64,000 nucleotides of DNA, taken from the NCBI RefSeq assembly GCF_006345805.1, contig NC_043009.1, positions 19,096,001 to 19,160,000 of the forward strand. The letters are read 5' to 3'. The notes below the pieces were generated by a model. The model saw only the letters and a list, made by a program, of their open reading frames with translations, ran no database searches and was not told the DNA's origin. The first letter of the stretch is position 1, and every line of letters starts with the position of its first letter. Position numbers and translations under genes: made by a program. Source of the DNA: Octopus sinensis. Taxonomy: Eukaryota. This document shows positions 36,615 through 49,049 of the stretch, in pieces.

Positions 36615-39600
36615 CATGCGTGCGTGTATGTCTGTGTTTGTCCCCCCAACATCGCTTGACAACCGATGCTGCTGTGTTTACGTCCCCGTAACTTAGCGTT
36701 TCGGCAAAAGAGACCGATAGAATAAGTACTAGGCTTACAAAGAATAAGTCCAGGGGTTGATTTGGTCGACTAAAGGCGGTGCTCCAGCATGGCTGCAGCC
36801 AAATGACTGAAACAAGTAAAAGAGTAAAAGAGTAAAAGAGTATATCTCGTACTCTAACTCAGTCATGGCTATTTATTGCCTTTGTTAAAATACCATGTTA
36901 TACAGATTAGCTTTCAGAATAAGGATACTTTGAGTAACTCCAAACATTCCTCTCTTGAGCTATATTGAATACGGAAGTGCTTTTGGTATCATTGGAAAAA
37001 AGCAATTTCTTTTTTTAAAAGTATTCGATTTGACATAGCGCCAATTTTTCTGGAGAATGAATAATGTCGCAAGTTTCGTAGCGGACACTTTAATTCAGAA
37101 GATAATAGTCTAAATTTCGACCTTATGTAAACTTTTCTCTTTAATAAACAGTTAAATTCATTTTATGTCGGAATATTACGAAATAATATAATTTTAAAAA
37201 ATCATACTTGGTATAATTTGAAAGTAATCATATTTCGTTCTTCGAACAACTTTAATTCCGTCTTCAGATGCATCATGTTTTGACAAAAAGCAGGTCAATG
37301 CAAATTTATGATAAACAAATGATTTACAGCCTGTAGTAGTTGCGCATTTTTGTGCACACATTTCAACTGGAACTGCCTTGATTATCTTCAGAAGAGGTCT
37401 GACAGTTAAAGAAGCGTTGAATACTTTAATGTAAGTGACATGGTCAGCTTCGAATAGAGAGGAATCCTTTCCTGGGAAGAAAACAAATGGAAAGAACAAT
37501 TATGCATTGCCTAAAGACATATCAACTGTATCTCAACAGCAACATTTATTATACGGGTTTGAAAGGTGTGGGTGCAGGATCGATACTATTCTTACATCTG
37601 GAAAACTATAGGATAAGAAGTCGAAGTTCACAATTTTCTGCACTTTTAGGAAACAGGGCTTCTTGGTCAAGCTTTATAGAAGACATGCGTGTTGGGAGGA
37701 GAGTTTCGAGCATTAATAGATGAAGTGGGGCTTTCAGACATTCATTATCAAAGAGTTGGAATCTTTTGTCTGTAGTTGGGATTTAATATTTTAATTGTTG
37801 TGAGGTAACACAGGATGCCCTAAAGCCACCACACCAGTTATCTCATTTATGATACTACAGCCTATTTCACTGTCACAAGGTATATTAAAGTGCACCCAAG
37901 TTACTCTTCCTCACCACTAGATCAATTCATAATTTTGCATGCCTAAATATCAGCTCAGCTGTAGAAGGAATAACGAGAGATAGCTAAGAATTTTTAAAAT
38001 TTTGAATGATTGGTTAGTTTCTTCATATATGGTTGTTTTAAACCGCTCTTATCATCCGCTATATTTTATTATATAAGAAATATAGAAAGTTCTATTTAAA
38101 ATTTGAGAATCTAAAGAGGCGGGTATACTTTTAATATGCATGAATACTAAAAACATATGTTTTTATTTTTTATTTCCATTTTCAACTGCACTATTTTTAA
38201 ACTACGAGGTGGTATCAAAAGGTTCCCGGACTAGTTATGTTTCATAAAAAATAGTTTATTCATCTCCTTCGAAATAGTCACCTTGCGCAGCAATACACTG
38301 GTCCCAGTGTTTGCGCTACTTTTGGAATCCGGCTTTGTTTTCTTCCGTAAGCGAGTCGAGGACCTTCTGATCTCGACAACGGTGTTAAAACGGTGACCCC
38401 TGAGCTGCATTTTCATTTTGAGGTAGAAATAGAAGTCCGCAGGTACTAAATCTGGCAAACAGGGCAGATGCAGAAGTGATACCATGTTGTTTTTGGCAAG
38501 AAACTCGTGAGTGAAGAGAGCTCAGTGACAGGGTGCATTGACATCATAAGAATGCAATTGTTTGCGCTCCACATATCCGGTCACTTTCGCCAAATGTACT
38601 TCTTAAAATGTTTCAAAACATCGATGATTGTCTTCCGATGATCCTCATGCACAAGTTGATGGATTTTATCCACGTATCTTGGGTTGACGCCCGTGGCAGG
38701 TCATCCAGATCGCTAATTGTCTTCCAGGAACGTTCTCCCGCTTTTGAAGCGCCCGTGTTACTCGAAACATTGCGTACGACCCATTGCCATGTTGTAGTAG
38801 GCTTGCCGAAACATACTCAATATCTCTGTGGCAGATTTCCTAAGTTTAAGGCAAAATTTTACGTTGGCTCTTTGTTCCAACTTCTTGACAAAAATCACAA
38901 ACAACAGCATACACGTGATCAAAAAAGCATGAATTTCACAACTTACGAAGTAAACACTGCAATGTCACTCGGCACACTGTCTCATGAAGGTCATTGCTAG
39001 CTCTCACTGTGCCCACAATCATGTGCTGCCATCTGTTGGTGTGCTACAGAACTAGTCCCAGAACTTTTTGATACTACCTCGTACTTTTCCAGGTTCAGTC
39101 AATGAAGAATATTATAGAGAGAGGGAGAGAGAGGGAGAAAGTGGGGAGATGGGAGGGTGGAGGGGGGAAAGAGGGGGGATGGAAGGGGAGAAGGAGATGG
39201 GAAGGAGAGAGGGAAGGGGAGATGGGGAGAGAGAAAGTAATGTTTGTGCCACTTTTGCGTGGCCGTTCCACGCAGAACAATATTACTACAGGGAAACATT
39301 GTTTTTTCCCCAGCTAGTTCACAACACACAACCTGTGTCTGATATACTGCGAGTAAGAGAGCAAACCACTCCCCTTTTCCAACGTGGAAAGATCAGTAGA
39401 CCAGCTGGTTTCTGGGTGTGGACGCTTGCTCGGGGAGCACAACTACATTATCTTTCAGAATAGCAGTAATATGAAGATTTAAAGGCGTTACTCAATTTCC
39501 TAATTGACCAACGGTTTCTACTACGGCAATTTTTATGTAGCTTACAGACTTATTCGTATAGTTCACTAATTTTATCTTTGATTTTGGTACACCTAAATCA

Positions 39601-42600
39601 AAAATAATTTTAAAATAAGGACACTACACTTCTTCGAAATTGCATCAATCTGTTACACTCCTTCTTTCGGAACACCCATATTTTATCGTAACTTTTTTTT
39701 TATTCAACCAGTTTTCTATTTTATCTCAAAGTTAGTGGAGCTATAATCCTTCTTAGTGAATGCAACTGCATTTAATTTGTTCCTGAATTGGATTCGCATA
39801 GAAGTGGTTGCGAAAAAAATCACTGTCTTCCTTAAGAATGTTATTCATTCACTGCCATTGATGAATGATGTGGAAAAGATGTAACTATGAATGCGATATC
39901 AATAGTAACTTTATGAATACATTATCAATGACTCTAAATGTAACATTAGCTCTGAATCAAAGTAATAAACATAATTGGAGATAAAATATCTGTAAATCTA
40001 AGTATGACATAAGTAAGAAAACTGTAGCATTCGATGTATGTAATATGAAAGCGACTCTCGGCATGCAACGTAACAATGGCATTTAATATATAGTTAGCGG
40101 CACTCATGAATATTTCACGGAATTAATGGTAAACTTATAGGGTAATTTCTGAAAACGTTATCCAAAAAACCTGCAAGTGTAGCCTGTGTTGTGTCTGTCT
40201 CAAAAGATAGGCGTTCATCTGCTATTCATCGAAAAGTGACAGAAATTGGAATACGATGATTACTTTATGCACTTTATATATACACTTTATATACTTTATG
40301 AACAATTTTATAGTTCTAATACGCAGCACTCTCCCTCTTTATCTCTCGCCTTACCCTCTTTTTCTTTCTCTTTTTCCTTTCACTCTTCGCCTTTCTCTTC
40401 AACTAACCACGCGAAAGCGTTACAGACGGGCTAAGTAACGGAGGAAAAAGCTTAGTTAAAAAAAAGAATTACATAATGCACTCACCACCACCTCTCCTTC
40501 CCCTCCTCCTCCCCTACTCTGCATCAGACTTTGTATATATGTAACACGAATATAAATTGGTTTTGTGTAAACTTAATAAGAACCACCGGTATGTAATAAA
40601 ATGAATAACTAGAATTATATAATCCCAACGGTAATTTGATTTATGTAACCAAAATTAAATTCCTCTTTCAATGGGAGAGATAGAGAGAAAGAGAGATATA
40701 GAGAGGGTGTTACTTAATAAGACTGGGAAATAAAGAAGTAAATATATTAGCATGGAAAGAAAATCGTGCTTCAGTTTTAACATGATCACTTTGAGTATAG
40801 TTTTTGATACTCTAAAGTAATCGATAATGTTTACACCCTAATGTTTTCTCTTTTTTCTGCATATTTTATACTTTAGTGATAAAATTGGTATCTATTTTAC
40901 CCTTTTTAAATAAGTTTAGCTCATATCCGTATCAGGCATGTGGTATGGATTCAAAAGGGGCTTTTGGATGGTAGCAACAAGAAATATTCGTTCTGTCTAT
41001 GGAAATAAAACTTTAAATATCCGGTCGTGCCAACGAGAGTTTGCCCAGTTTCGCTCAGGAAATTTTTCTGTCATAGATTACCCTCGACCTGGACGTCCAA
41101 GTTCTGTTAATATGGAGCTTCTGAAAACCGTAAAATACAAAGCAAACTGCACGAGAATTAGCAAAACAGGAAAACTCAAGTCCCAGTTTGATTATAAAAC
41201 ACCTTCAAGCTAAAGTATCTAAACCTGGTCAGTGGATCCCTCATCATCTGACTGCTTCTCCGTTTAATCGAAGTCATTCAAAAGAATGAGCTGTATCCGA
41301 GGAGTTTTGAACCTTTTTTAAGGAGTAACGGTTATAACAGTCCTAAATTATTGTAATTTTCGTATTTCATTACTAAACCGCCAACTTTTTGTTCCAGATT
41401 GAAAAAGGTGGAAGTAAGAACACTTTGAATACATCAGACAATTTGCAAGCTCACTATTCAATAAAGTTCTGTGTTAAACTGGACATTGCTGTTACAGAAA
41501 CTTATGAAATGCTTCAGACTGCTTGTGGATTATCTTGTATGAGCCGAGTATATGTTTTAACTGGTAAAAGAGGATCAAGGACAGTAGAATAGATGTGAGA
41601 GACAATGTGTGGGAGGGAGAGGGAAGTTAGAACATTAGAACTGGTTGAGAAAATTCGCAATTTTCTGGGTGAAGACAGTGGAAAGATGAAAGAGGCTGTG
41701 ACAAGGGTCCTGGACACATTCACTTAGTAGGACTTCCATGGAGCCTTCACGGCGTAGGTGGAGAGCTACAAGTGAATTGAAGTCAGAGGATCCTACTTTG
41801 AAGTAGATTAAAGTTTTGTACTTCTTTGAAGTTAATGTCTTCCCTGAAAAGTCTCAAAATCTCTAGACTTTCTACCGAACGTTTCATAAGTACATTCATC
41901 CAAACTGGTGAAAAGTGGCTCCTCTATCATCATTCCCAACGAAAAGGACAATGGTTGGTATTGTTTGATTCTTTCACCCGCACGATTTTCATTAAGTAAA
42001 AAGAAACAAACTCGGATTTTTTGCGTGGAATCAAGTACCCTGAACTCCTAATATGCTGCAAACTCCTTATTTTTGTTCGGAAAATAAAGATATTTATGTT
42101 TTGATATTATACTTTTACTTCGTTTCACATATACAAGCAAAATCTCTAACGTTTTTTTTTAGATGAATTTATTGTTCGTTATCCCTCCACACACTTCTTT
42201 ACCACTAACTTCTATAACCTCCGCATTTTCCCTTATTCATTTCAAACTTCCTTGAATTTTCAATCTAAAGTAATCCACACTCTCTCGAAAACGTATTTCT
42301 GCAAAATGTTATCTAAAATTATGGGTAAAGAAAGAAATAGCCAAAAATATTTGAAAATGGAGGTGGGAAGTGAAATTTCTGAGGGTTCCACCCCACTCCA
42401 CCCCGATTTCCGGGGTCCAAAACGGGTTTTGTGGCATATTAGGAGGTCACCGGAATTCAGTCAACGAAAAAAAAATTCCAATGATTCCGGGGGGGGGGGG
42501 ATGGGGCATCCAGTTTCCCACCCACCCCTTTTTTCCGAACAAAAACAAGGGGGTTACAGCATATTAGGTTAGTGTACTTGATTCCATGCAAAAAATCCGA

Positions 42601-45600
42601 GTATTTTTTTTCTTAGTGATGGGGTATGAAGAGAGTCGTCTATGATAAAGTATTAAACTAAAACGAAACTGTTAGTCGTCAGTTGGAAGAACTTCACGAA
42701 AAACTCCAGAAAGGCGTTCCTCACTGGACGCTTTTCAGTTTAATCGAAGTCATTGAAAAGAATGAGGTGCATCCTTGGAGTTTTGAGACTTTTTTAAGGA
42801 GAGAGAGTCTTAACAGTCCTACATTAAAAGGATTATAACAGTAGCGACGAGATTTAAACAACGTACGGGGAATTAATAAAGTCGAAGGGTATCTAAACAA
42901 CTCATGAGGAATTAATGGGGTTAATAGAAACTCGAAGAGGAGTTAATAATCTCACAAAGTTTTGTTGTGCGAATTTTACGAAAAAATCGTAAAATAATGT
43001 AAAATTTGTTGGCCGGTTTGCTCGAGTTGCAAAAACAGCAACAACAACTGAAAGAATAACAACAGGAGCAGCTAAAACTGCAAGAGCAACAACATAAGCA
43101 ACAACAACAACAAATACTGCAGTCACTGAAGCCGTAGGTAAGCCAGAAAAAGCATTTTCGGCAGACTATGTCACGAACTCCATAACAGAATTCAAATACG
43201 AACCTGACGAAGGAGTTACCTTCGCAGAGCATACTACAAAAGACATAAGCAAATCTAGAAAGAATGTAAAGATTTGGACAACAAGATGAAAATGCGCTTA
43301 ATCTTGAGAAAACTAGCGGCAACAGAACATGAGCGATACAATAATTTTGTACTCCTAGGAAAACCTGCGGACATAAACTTTAATGACACAATAGAGATAC
43401 TGTGTAAAATTTTCAGTGAAAAAGCTCATTGTTCAACACACGTTTTGCTGATAGAGTTAACAGGGAATGCGAGAAGTTCAAGCTGAAAGAATTAACGCAA
43501 GATATGTTCAAATGCCTTATTTTTACACAGACTTACTGCCGAAAGGATGCAGCAGTTAGAACCAGAATTCTCGCAAAGCTGGAACAAAACCAGAATTTAA
43601 TCCTACAGCAAATGTCAGAAGAGTATGAAAGGATAGTCTTATTAAGACACGACACAGAAGAAAATGAACGTAAATGATTGTTTCCAAGTAAAGCAAATGT
43701 GAAATAGAATAGAGATAAAGTGTTTTCTAAACAAAAAAATAAACAGGACAAAAAACAAGAAATAAACCCATGTTTTGCATGTGGAAGTATACACCTGAGG
43801 AAAAATTGTCCATTTAAAAAAGCGGAGTGCTTTCATTGGGGAAATATAGGACATATACATTTTTTATTGCCCACAAGGGGCTAAACATAAAGGGGGCAAA
43901 CAAGGACAGACAAACGGATTAAGTCGATTACATCGACCCCAGTGCGTAATTGGTACTTAATTTATCGACCCCGAAATTATGAAAGGAAAGTCGACCTCGG
44001 CGGAATTTGAACTCAGAACGTAACGGCAGACGAAATACCGCTAAGCATTTCGCCCGGCGTGCTAACGTCTCTGCCAGTTCGCCGTCTTTTATGGAAATAT
44101 AGGACATATAAAGACGCACATTAGAACGAAGATGACAAAACGTCAGAACAAAGGAAAAAGAATGTCATCGAAAGAGATTGATAATATTACGATGAGGAAA
44201 TTCGTGAAGGTGAAAATCAGAAATACAAGTGTTAAAATACATTTGGACACTGGTATTGATGTCACCATTATAAACACACACACACACAAAAACGCGAAAA
44301 TATGTCGGTAAGCCGAAATTAATTAAATCGAAAAAAATAGCACGTGGTGTTAAGGGGAAAATAATATATTTCTTCGGTGAATTCATATGCAATGTAACAT
44401 TTCGAGGTCAAACAAAAAAGGCTAAAATATATGTGTTAAAAAGTTCACCTAATCTATTCGGCTCAGAGTGGACGGAACTATTCAAATTATGTGATACGCC
44501 CACAAGTGTCCTGTGTGAAAATATAGTTGGGCCAGGCAAAGGTTCAAATGCGGCTGAGAGACTGAAGCAAAAAGTTTCAGTCAAACAAAGTGGAACACCG
44601 GTATGTAAGCCAAAACGAAATGAAAAATTGCCCACAATAAAAAGTAAACATTGTTGAAAAGTCGATGTTCAGTGGTTGAGACTACAACACATCGATTTCG
44701 CTGGTCCTTTAAATGCTTCTTACGATTTAGTGGTACTTGATAGTTCTCGAAATGGCCTGAAATTTGTAAGTGTATAAAATCAATCTCCTCAACTGTGATA
44801 AACTATTTACAAGAATTGTCTGAAATATTTCGCATCCCAAACAAGATAATGTTTGACAATGGAACGCAATTTGTGTCTAGCGAATTTTTAAAATTTTGTG
44901 AAACGTTCGCGGTAGAACATATAACTACGGCGCCATACCATCCCAGATCTAATGGACAGGCAAGAATGCTTTGTCGATACCGTCAAAAGAGCCCTTAGAA
45001 AATCGAATGAGGAAGTCACGGATGAGGTAGCTCTACAACAATTTTTAAGAGTGTACCGTGTAACACCAAATCCGAATACACCAGCAGGTAGCTCCAAGGA
45101 AAGTAAAATCAGTCCTTGATAAATTGCTACCTGGCAAGAAAAGAAAAGTGCCTGGGAATACATAGTAAAATTCTTTAAAGTTGGTGAAAAGGTGTATATG
45201 AGGGCATACAAGAATAGAAAGCAGAGTTGGGGAGATGGCGTAATTACCAAATGCATAGGTAAAATGTATGGGGTAGAAGAGGCATACAAAAGAGACGGGA
45301 ACCAACGGAAAATAATCTGGTACATCAAAAGAGGCGGTTTCGATCACCTATTCAAAATATTTCATTCATATTCGTACCCAATGTCACATCAGAACCGTAA
45401 ACGCTACTACAATGCTTTCCTTCCCCTCAAAACGTACTGCTTTTGACTACTGAAAAGTAATAAATATTGGTTTCAGGTTCTGACACAAAACCAGCAATTT
45501 CGGTACATCGACCTCCCTTTTCAACTGGTTCTTATTTTACCAACTCCGAAAAGATGAAAGTTAAAGTCGACCCCGGCGGCATTTGAACTCAGAACGTAAA

Positions 45601-46601
45601 GAAATACCGCTAAGTATTTTTTTCAAAGCGCAACGATTCTGTTGAAAAGTAACAGATATTAAGAAATAAAATTATGAACGCCATTTTACTCTTCGAGATT
45701 GAGCATCGGTATTGATTACTGGCTGATACAGGCGCATTTCGATTAATAAATCTTGTGCAAGTTATCAAACTTATGACACCTCAGTCCATTATTCTCCATA
45801 AAATATGGAATCTTTGTACGATGTCAAACATAAGCTAATATTTAGAAATGAACGTTTTGTTGTGTTATCAGAGCTTTAAAAAAGGGGGAATATTTGTTCT
45901 GCTGTTGAATAAGCATTGAATAAAATGTGAGTTATTAGGCCCATAAATAGAGAATAGTCCTCAGTAAAACGAAACACCCTTTGGAAACGCCTTCAGCAAT
46001 AGAAGATATTAATAAATGTCTCACCTGTTTGGTCTAATTTAAATGTATGAAGCATTTTAGCCTGCACCATCAACTGAAGGAAGGCTGCAGAAACAAAGTG
46101 AAATGGTATTTAGAAACGAAAAAGAAAACAATAAGAAATTTACAGTTTACTTATGATATGAACGAGGTGTGTGAATGAAATATCAATTTGTGCTTGTGTT
46201 ACTTAGAAATATGCGCTTTGGAAGCTAGGGTTATGAAAACATCTTGTTGATCATTTAGTATTTTGGAGTTTTCCTAAATTTAATCTTGATATAACGTATC
46301 AATAATGTTAGACTTTCGTAACCCTGCTCTTCTTCAATGTATTGTCCAAAGCTGATATCACAGGTTTGATAGAAAACTGAATCTAAAAACAGATTTATAG
46401 TAACATGTTAATTAGATCATCACCGCCGTGAGGTGTCAACTCATGCTTGAGAAATGTCATGAATTCTAAATCGGCAATTATTTACCGTAAGCTATTTCAC
46501 AAGAAAATATATCGAAATAAAAATTTATCGCTTACTTTATCCCACAAAGTATACGCACCGAAAATTGCTATGAAGCATGGCAATAGCTCTCCTGACTTCA
46601 T
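25409..46601 (-). CDS. Secreted four-PAN/apple-domain protein, 7 coding exons: 46601-46559, 46084-46025, 37471-37208, 34431-34198, 31413-31171, 30914-30684, 25440-25409 (368 aa predicted)
   Basis: All introns are GT-AG and phase 1. Exon lengths 43+60+264+234+243+231+32=1107 nt give one open frame, with signal peptide [23 protein letters not shown] and four C-x3-C-x5-C-x11/12-C PAN cores. The last exon is the least certain. Confidence 0.8.
26297..26695 (+). mobile_element. Helentron/HINE (DINE-like) non-autonomous element
   Basis: ACTAGCAGTATCGCCCGGCGTTGCTCG terminus and cacttttatatataaagat end; internal segment shared with about 2330-2375 and 8405-8450. Confidence 0.65.
27600..29500 (+). mobile_element. 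Decayed R4/Dong-like LINE
   Basis: [40 protein letters not shown]; same 3' end recurs at about 24020-24110. Confidence 0.75.
30115..30480 (-). mobile_element. tRNA-derived SINE (same family as 36315)
   Basis: Reverse complement of the 36315 element (gactgaaacaag tail, ccccagcatggctgcag). Confidence 0.8.
30684..30914 (-). CDS. PAN gene exon 6, PAN domain 4
   Basis: Acceptor ttttcctcaactgcag, donor T|gtgagt, 231 nt; [23 protein letters not shown]...WNFY. Confidence 0.9.
31171..31413 (-). CDS. PAN gene exon 5, PAN domain 3
   Basis: Acceptor gttttcttttcacag, donor G|gtctat, 243 nt; [24 protein letters not shown]...RDFY. Confidence 0.88.
31870..33650 (+). mobile_element. Hero/R2-like RLE-type LINE remnant inside PAN intron 4
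   Basis: [40 protein letters not shown]...STKTII. Confidence 0.7.
34198..34431 (-). CDS. PAN gene exon 4, PAN domain 2
   Basis: Acceptor tttaatatcttctag, donor G|gtgagt, 234 nt; [23 protein letters not shown]...WDYY. Confidence 0.9.
34790..35720 (-). mobile_element. Mariner transposon remnant
   Basis: [32 protein letters not shown]. Confidence 0.85.
36315..36841 (+). mobile_element. tRNA-derived SINE with internal (TA)n/(TG)n and (AAAGAGT)n tail
   Basis: Head ggcgcaggagtggctgtgtggtaag...gttcagttcc. Confidence 0.85.
37208..37471 (-). CDS. PAN gene exon 3, PAN domain 1
   Basis: Acceptor tttgttttcttcccag, donor A|gtatga, 264 nt; [23 protein letters not shown]...YDYF. Confidence 0.9.
38205..39081 (-). 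mobile_element. Internally deleted mariner with both TIRs and TA target duplication
   Basis: TA-cgaggtggtatcaaaaggttcccggactagtt ... aactagtcccagaactttttgatactacctcg-TA; [13 protein letters not shown]; [17 protein letters not shown]. Confidence 0.85.
40930..41850 (+). mobile_element. Two mariner fragments separated by a Gypsy-LTR-like segment
   Basis: [23 protein letters not shown]; IKFCVKL..TETYEML; 41265-41345 matches the LTR at 42738-42820. Confidence 0.6.
42660..45330 (+). mobile_element. Internally deleted Gypsy/Ty3 LTR retrotransposon
   Basis: LTR end then PBS-like gtagcgacgag at 42841; gag with CFACG..H...C knuckle; protease LDTG; integrase [22 protein letters not shown]; no RT found. 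Confidence 0.85.
43858..44092 (-). mobile_element. SINE inserted in the Gypsy gag knuckle, 18-bp TSD
   Basis: ggaaatataggacatata at 43840-43857 and 44093-44110. Confidence 0.9.
46025..46084 (-). CDS. PAN gene exon 2 ([20 protein letters not shown])
   Basis: Acceptor ttcactttgtttctgcag, donor AG|gtgaga, 60-nt symmetric phase 1-1 exon that completes the signal peptide. Confidence 0.8.
46559..46601 (-). CDS. PAN gene exon 1 ([14 protein letters not shown])
   Basis: gcagccATG context, hydrophobic stretch, phase-1 donor G|gtgcgt, TATA and Inr upstream. Confidence 0.75.
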
Positions 46602-46662
46602 GGCTGCACAGTTTTAACAATTGCTGGTTAAACGAAGTTCTGCTTCCGTGAAATGGTGATCT

Positions 46663-46698
46663 ACTGACGTTGTCAGCGAGAAGCAATGAAGTTATATA
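46663..46698 (-). promoter_or_regulatory. TATA box and initiator of the PAN gene
   Basis: TATATAA at 46698-46692 and TCAGT Inr at 46667-46663 (A+1 at 46665, about 33 nt downstream); 64-nt 5' UTR with no upstream ATG. Confidence 0.6.
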
Positions 46699-46845
46699 GA
46701 AGTTTCGTTAAGCAGGCAAGTTAATGAAATATTTCAGAACAAATACATCTGTCTGACGAATTTCAATAAATCATTTCTCCGCATTTTTTTATGTAAATAT
46801 TTATTTGCAGCTCCTTTGTTTTTGTATCTGAATCAGTGGGTGTGC

Positions 46846-46904
<59 letters not shown>

Positions 46905-47601
46905 TACATATATATATACACACACATGTGTGTGTGTATGTGTACATTAGATGCTTCCCTCTCCAGCTGTTCAAGTAGGTGTCCACATTTTCATCTGCCT
47001 ATATTACATGGGAATGAATATATTATTTTGGGCAATATTTTATAAATATGTACTTTCTTAAATCGTAAAAGATAGATTTTTTTTGTATTTTAATCCAATC
47101 AATACATTTATGAGCAGTTTAGTCTCCTTTACGAAATATTTAAACAGGTTTATAACATCGTTAACCGATAAATAGAAAATCTAACCAAAAAATAATTTAA
47201 TTTTTATCATTATATAAATATTGGTTTCAAATTTTTAATACAGGTCCAGTAATCTTGGGTCGATTACATTAACCCCAGTGCTGAAGTGGTATCTATTTTA
47301 TCGGTCCCGAAAAGATGAAAGGCAAAGTCAACCTCGGTAATGACTGACGAAATACCACTAAGTACTTATACGGCGTTCTAACAATTCTACCTGCTACAAA
47401 CCATCATATAAATATGCAATGTAATTTCTGAAGGCAGTTTTGGACCTTCGTGTATTGAAGTGATATTTAATGTTCATATAGAGAGCTGAAAAATGTTTAA
47501 TCAATTGAAAGCAAAAACAATTTCAATACAATAAAGTCACATGTTAAAACATGCAATATACCGTTTAATTAAGATAATGTATTATTTAAGTACAGACTGA
47601 A

Positions 47602-47842
47602 GGCGGCGAGCTGGCAGGAGCGTTTGCACGCCGGGCGAAATGCCTAGCCGTATTTCGTCTGCCGTTACGTTCTGAGTTCAAATTCCACCGAGGTCGACTT
47701 TGCCTTTCATCCTTTCGGGGTCGATAAATTAAGTACCAGTTAGGCACTGGGGTCGATGTAATCGATTTAATCCGTTTGTCTGTCCTTGTTTGTCCCCTCC
47801 GTGTTTAGCCCCTTGTGGGTAATAAAGAAATAGGTATTTCGT
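47602..47842 (+). mobile_element. Full-length tRNA-derived SINE
   Basis: Same family as 14277 and 43858. Confidence 0.9.
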
Positions 47843-47844
47843 AT

Positions 47845-48150
47845 GTCTTTATCGTTCGGGTGAATGGTTTCTCTTCGAAACCGTTCAACATCAAGTGCTC
47901 AGTTCGTCAAGAATGTCCTCTCTCTCCCCTTCTGTACGTATTGGCTCTTGAGCCTTTGCTGCGGAGGTTGAAGGGACCGGGGGCATCCCGTGCGATCTAG
48001 GTTATAGGAGGACGGTCGCGGCGTTTGCAGATGGCAGCATTATCATCGTGTCCGAGGTGGATCACCTACAGATTGTGGGTGAAGCCAGCAAGGAACACGA
48101 TGTGGTGGCAGGAGCAAAAATTAACCGAGAAAAATTAGTCGGCTTGTTTT
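47845..48150 (+). mobile_element. L1/Tx1 RT fragment
   Basis: VRVNGFSSKPF...VRQECPLSPLLYVLALEPLL, AFAD, GAKINREK. Confidence 0.8.
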
Positions 48151-48249
48151 AGTCCCACATCAATTGAATTCGGAGAACATGGCCCAACGAATGTCCTTCT
48201 GCGATTTGTAGCAGATGCTTGAAAAACGATCCCTTTTTGAAGATAATTG

Positions 48250-48790
48250 TAACAGGGACGAAAAATGGATCGCCTATAACAATGAGAAGCGCCAGCGATC
48301 ATGGGAGAAGTGCGACGACCATCACATACAACCTTCAAAACAGGATTTTTACCTAAAGAAGGTTTTGCTTTCAATTTGATAGGATTGGAAGGGTATTGTC
48401 TTTTACGAGCTTCTTTCCATAAACAGGACCATCAATTCGGAATGTGTACCAACTGGAAGTGTCCAGAACTTGCTAATCGTAAGGGTATTGTCTTTCATCC
48501 CGATAATGCTAGACCTTACACTTCTTCGCAGATGCTGCAGACGTTTCTGAGGCTTGGTTGAGAAGTTTTGTCTCGCTCTCCATATTCGCCCGACCTTGCG
48601 CATTCAGATTCACTGAATGGACAGACTTTCAGCTCTGAAGAGGATGTAAAAATTCACCTGGAAGATTTTTCGCTAGTAAAAGCAGGAAATTTTTTGAGGA
48701 AATAGTGAATCTGCGCACAAGATGGCAGAAGAAACTGAAACTAAAAAGCAATTATATAACTGAATATTGATTGAATATGTTTAAAATTAA
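48250..48790 (+). mobile_element. Mariner 3' fragment
   Basis: NRKGIVFHPDNARPYTS; ccatattcgcccgaccttgcg (PYSPDLA). Confidence 0.8.
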
Positions 48791-49049
48791 ACGGCAATTA
48801 TATAAATGATTGAATATGTTTAAAAGTTGCCTTATGTTCCCTTAAACTGAACGGAATTTTTTACTAAGCCAATAGTGAATATAACAGAAATATTATTTTG
48901 TGCAAATCATTTTAGGACAAAGCTTGATAAAGTAGTAATATAGTAAATTAAAATGTAATGACGCTAGAAAATACAAGTATAGACTTTGAAATATTAAATA
49001 TATAAACATATTCATATACATATACACAGTGCCAGTGCTTGTAGCAACA

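Noticed and set aside
39068-39463. 131-aa Gly/Glu/Arg-rich ORF
   Set aside because: Derived from a polypurine low-complexity tract
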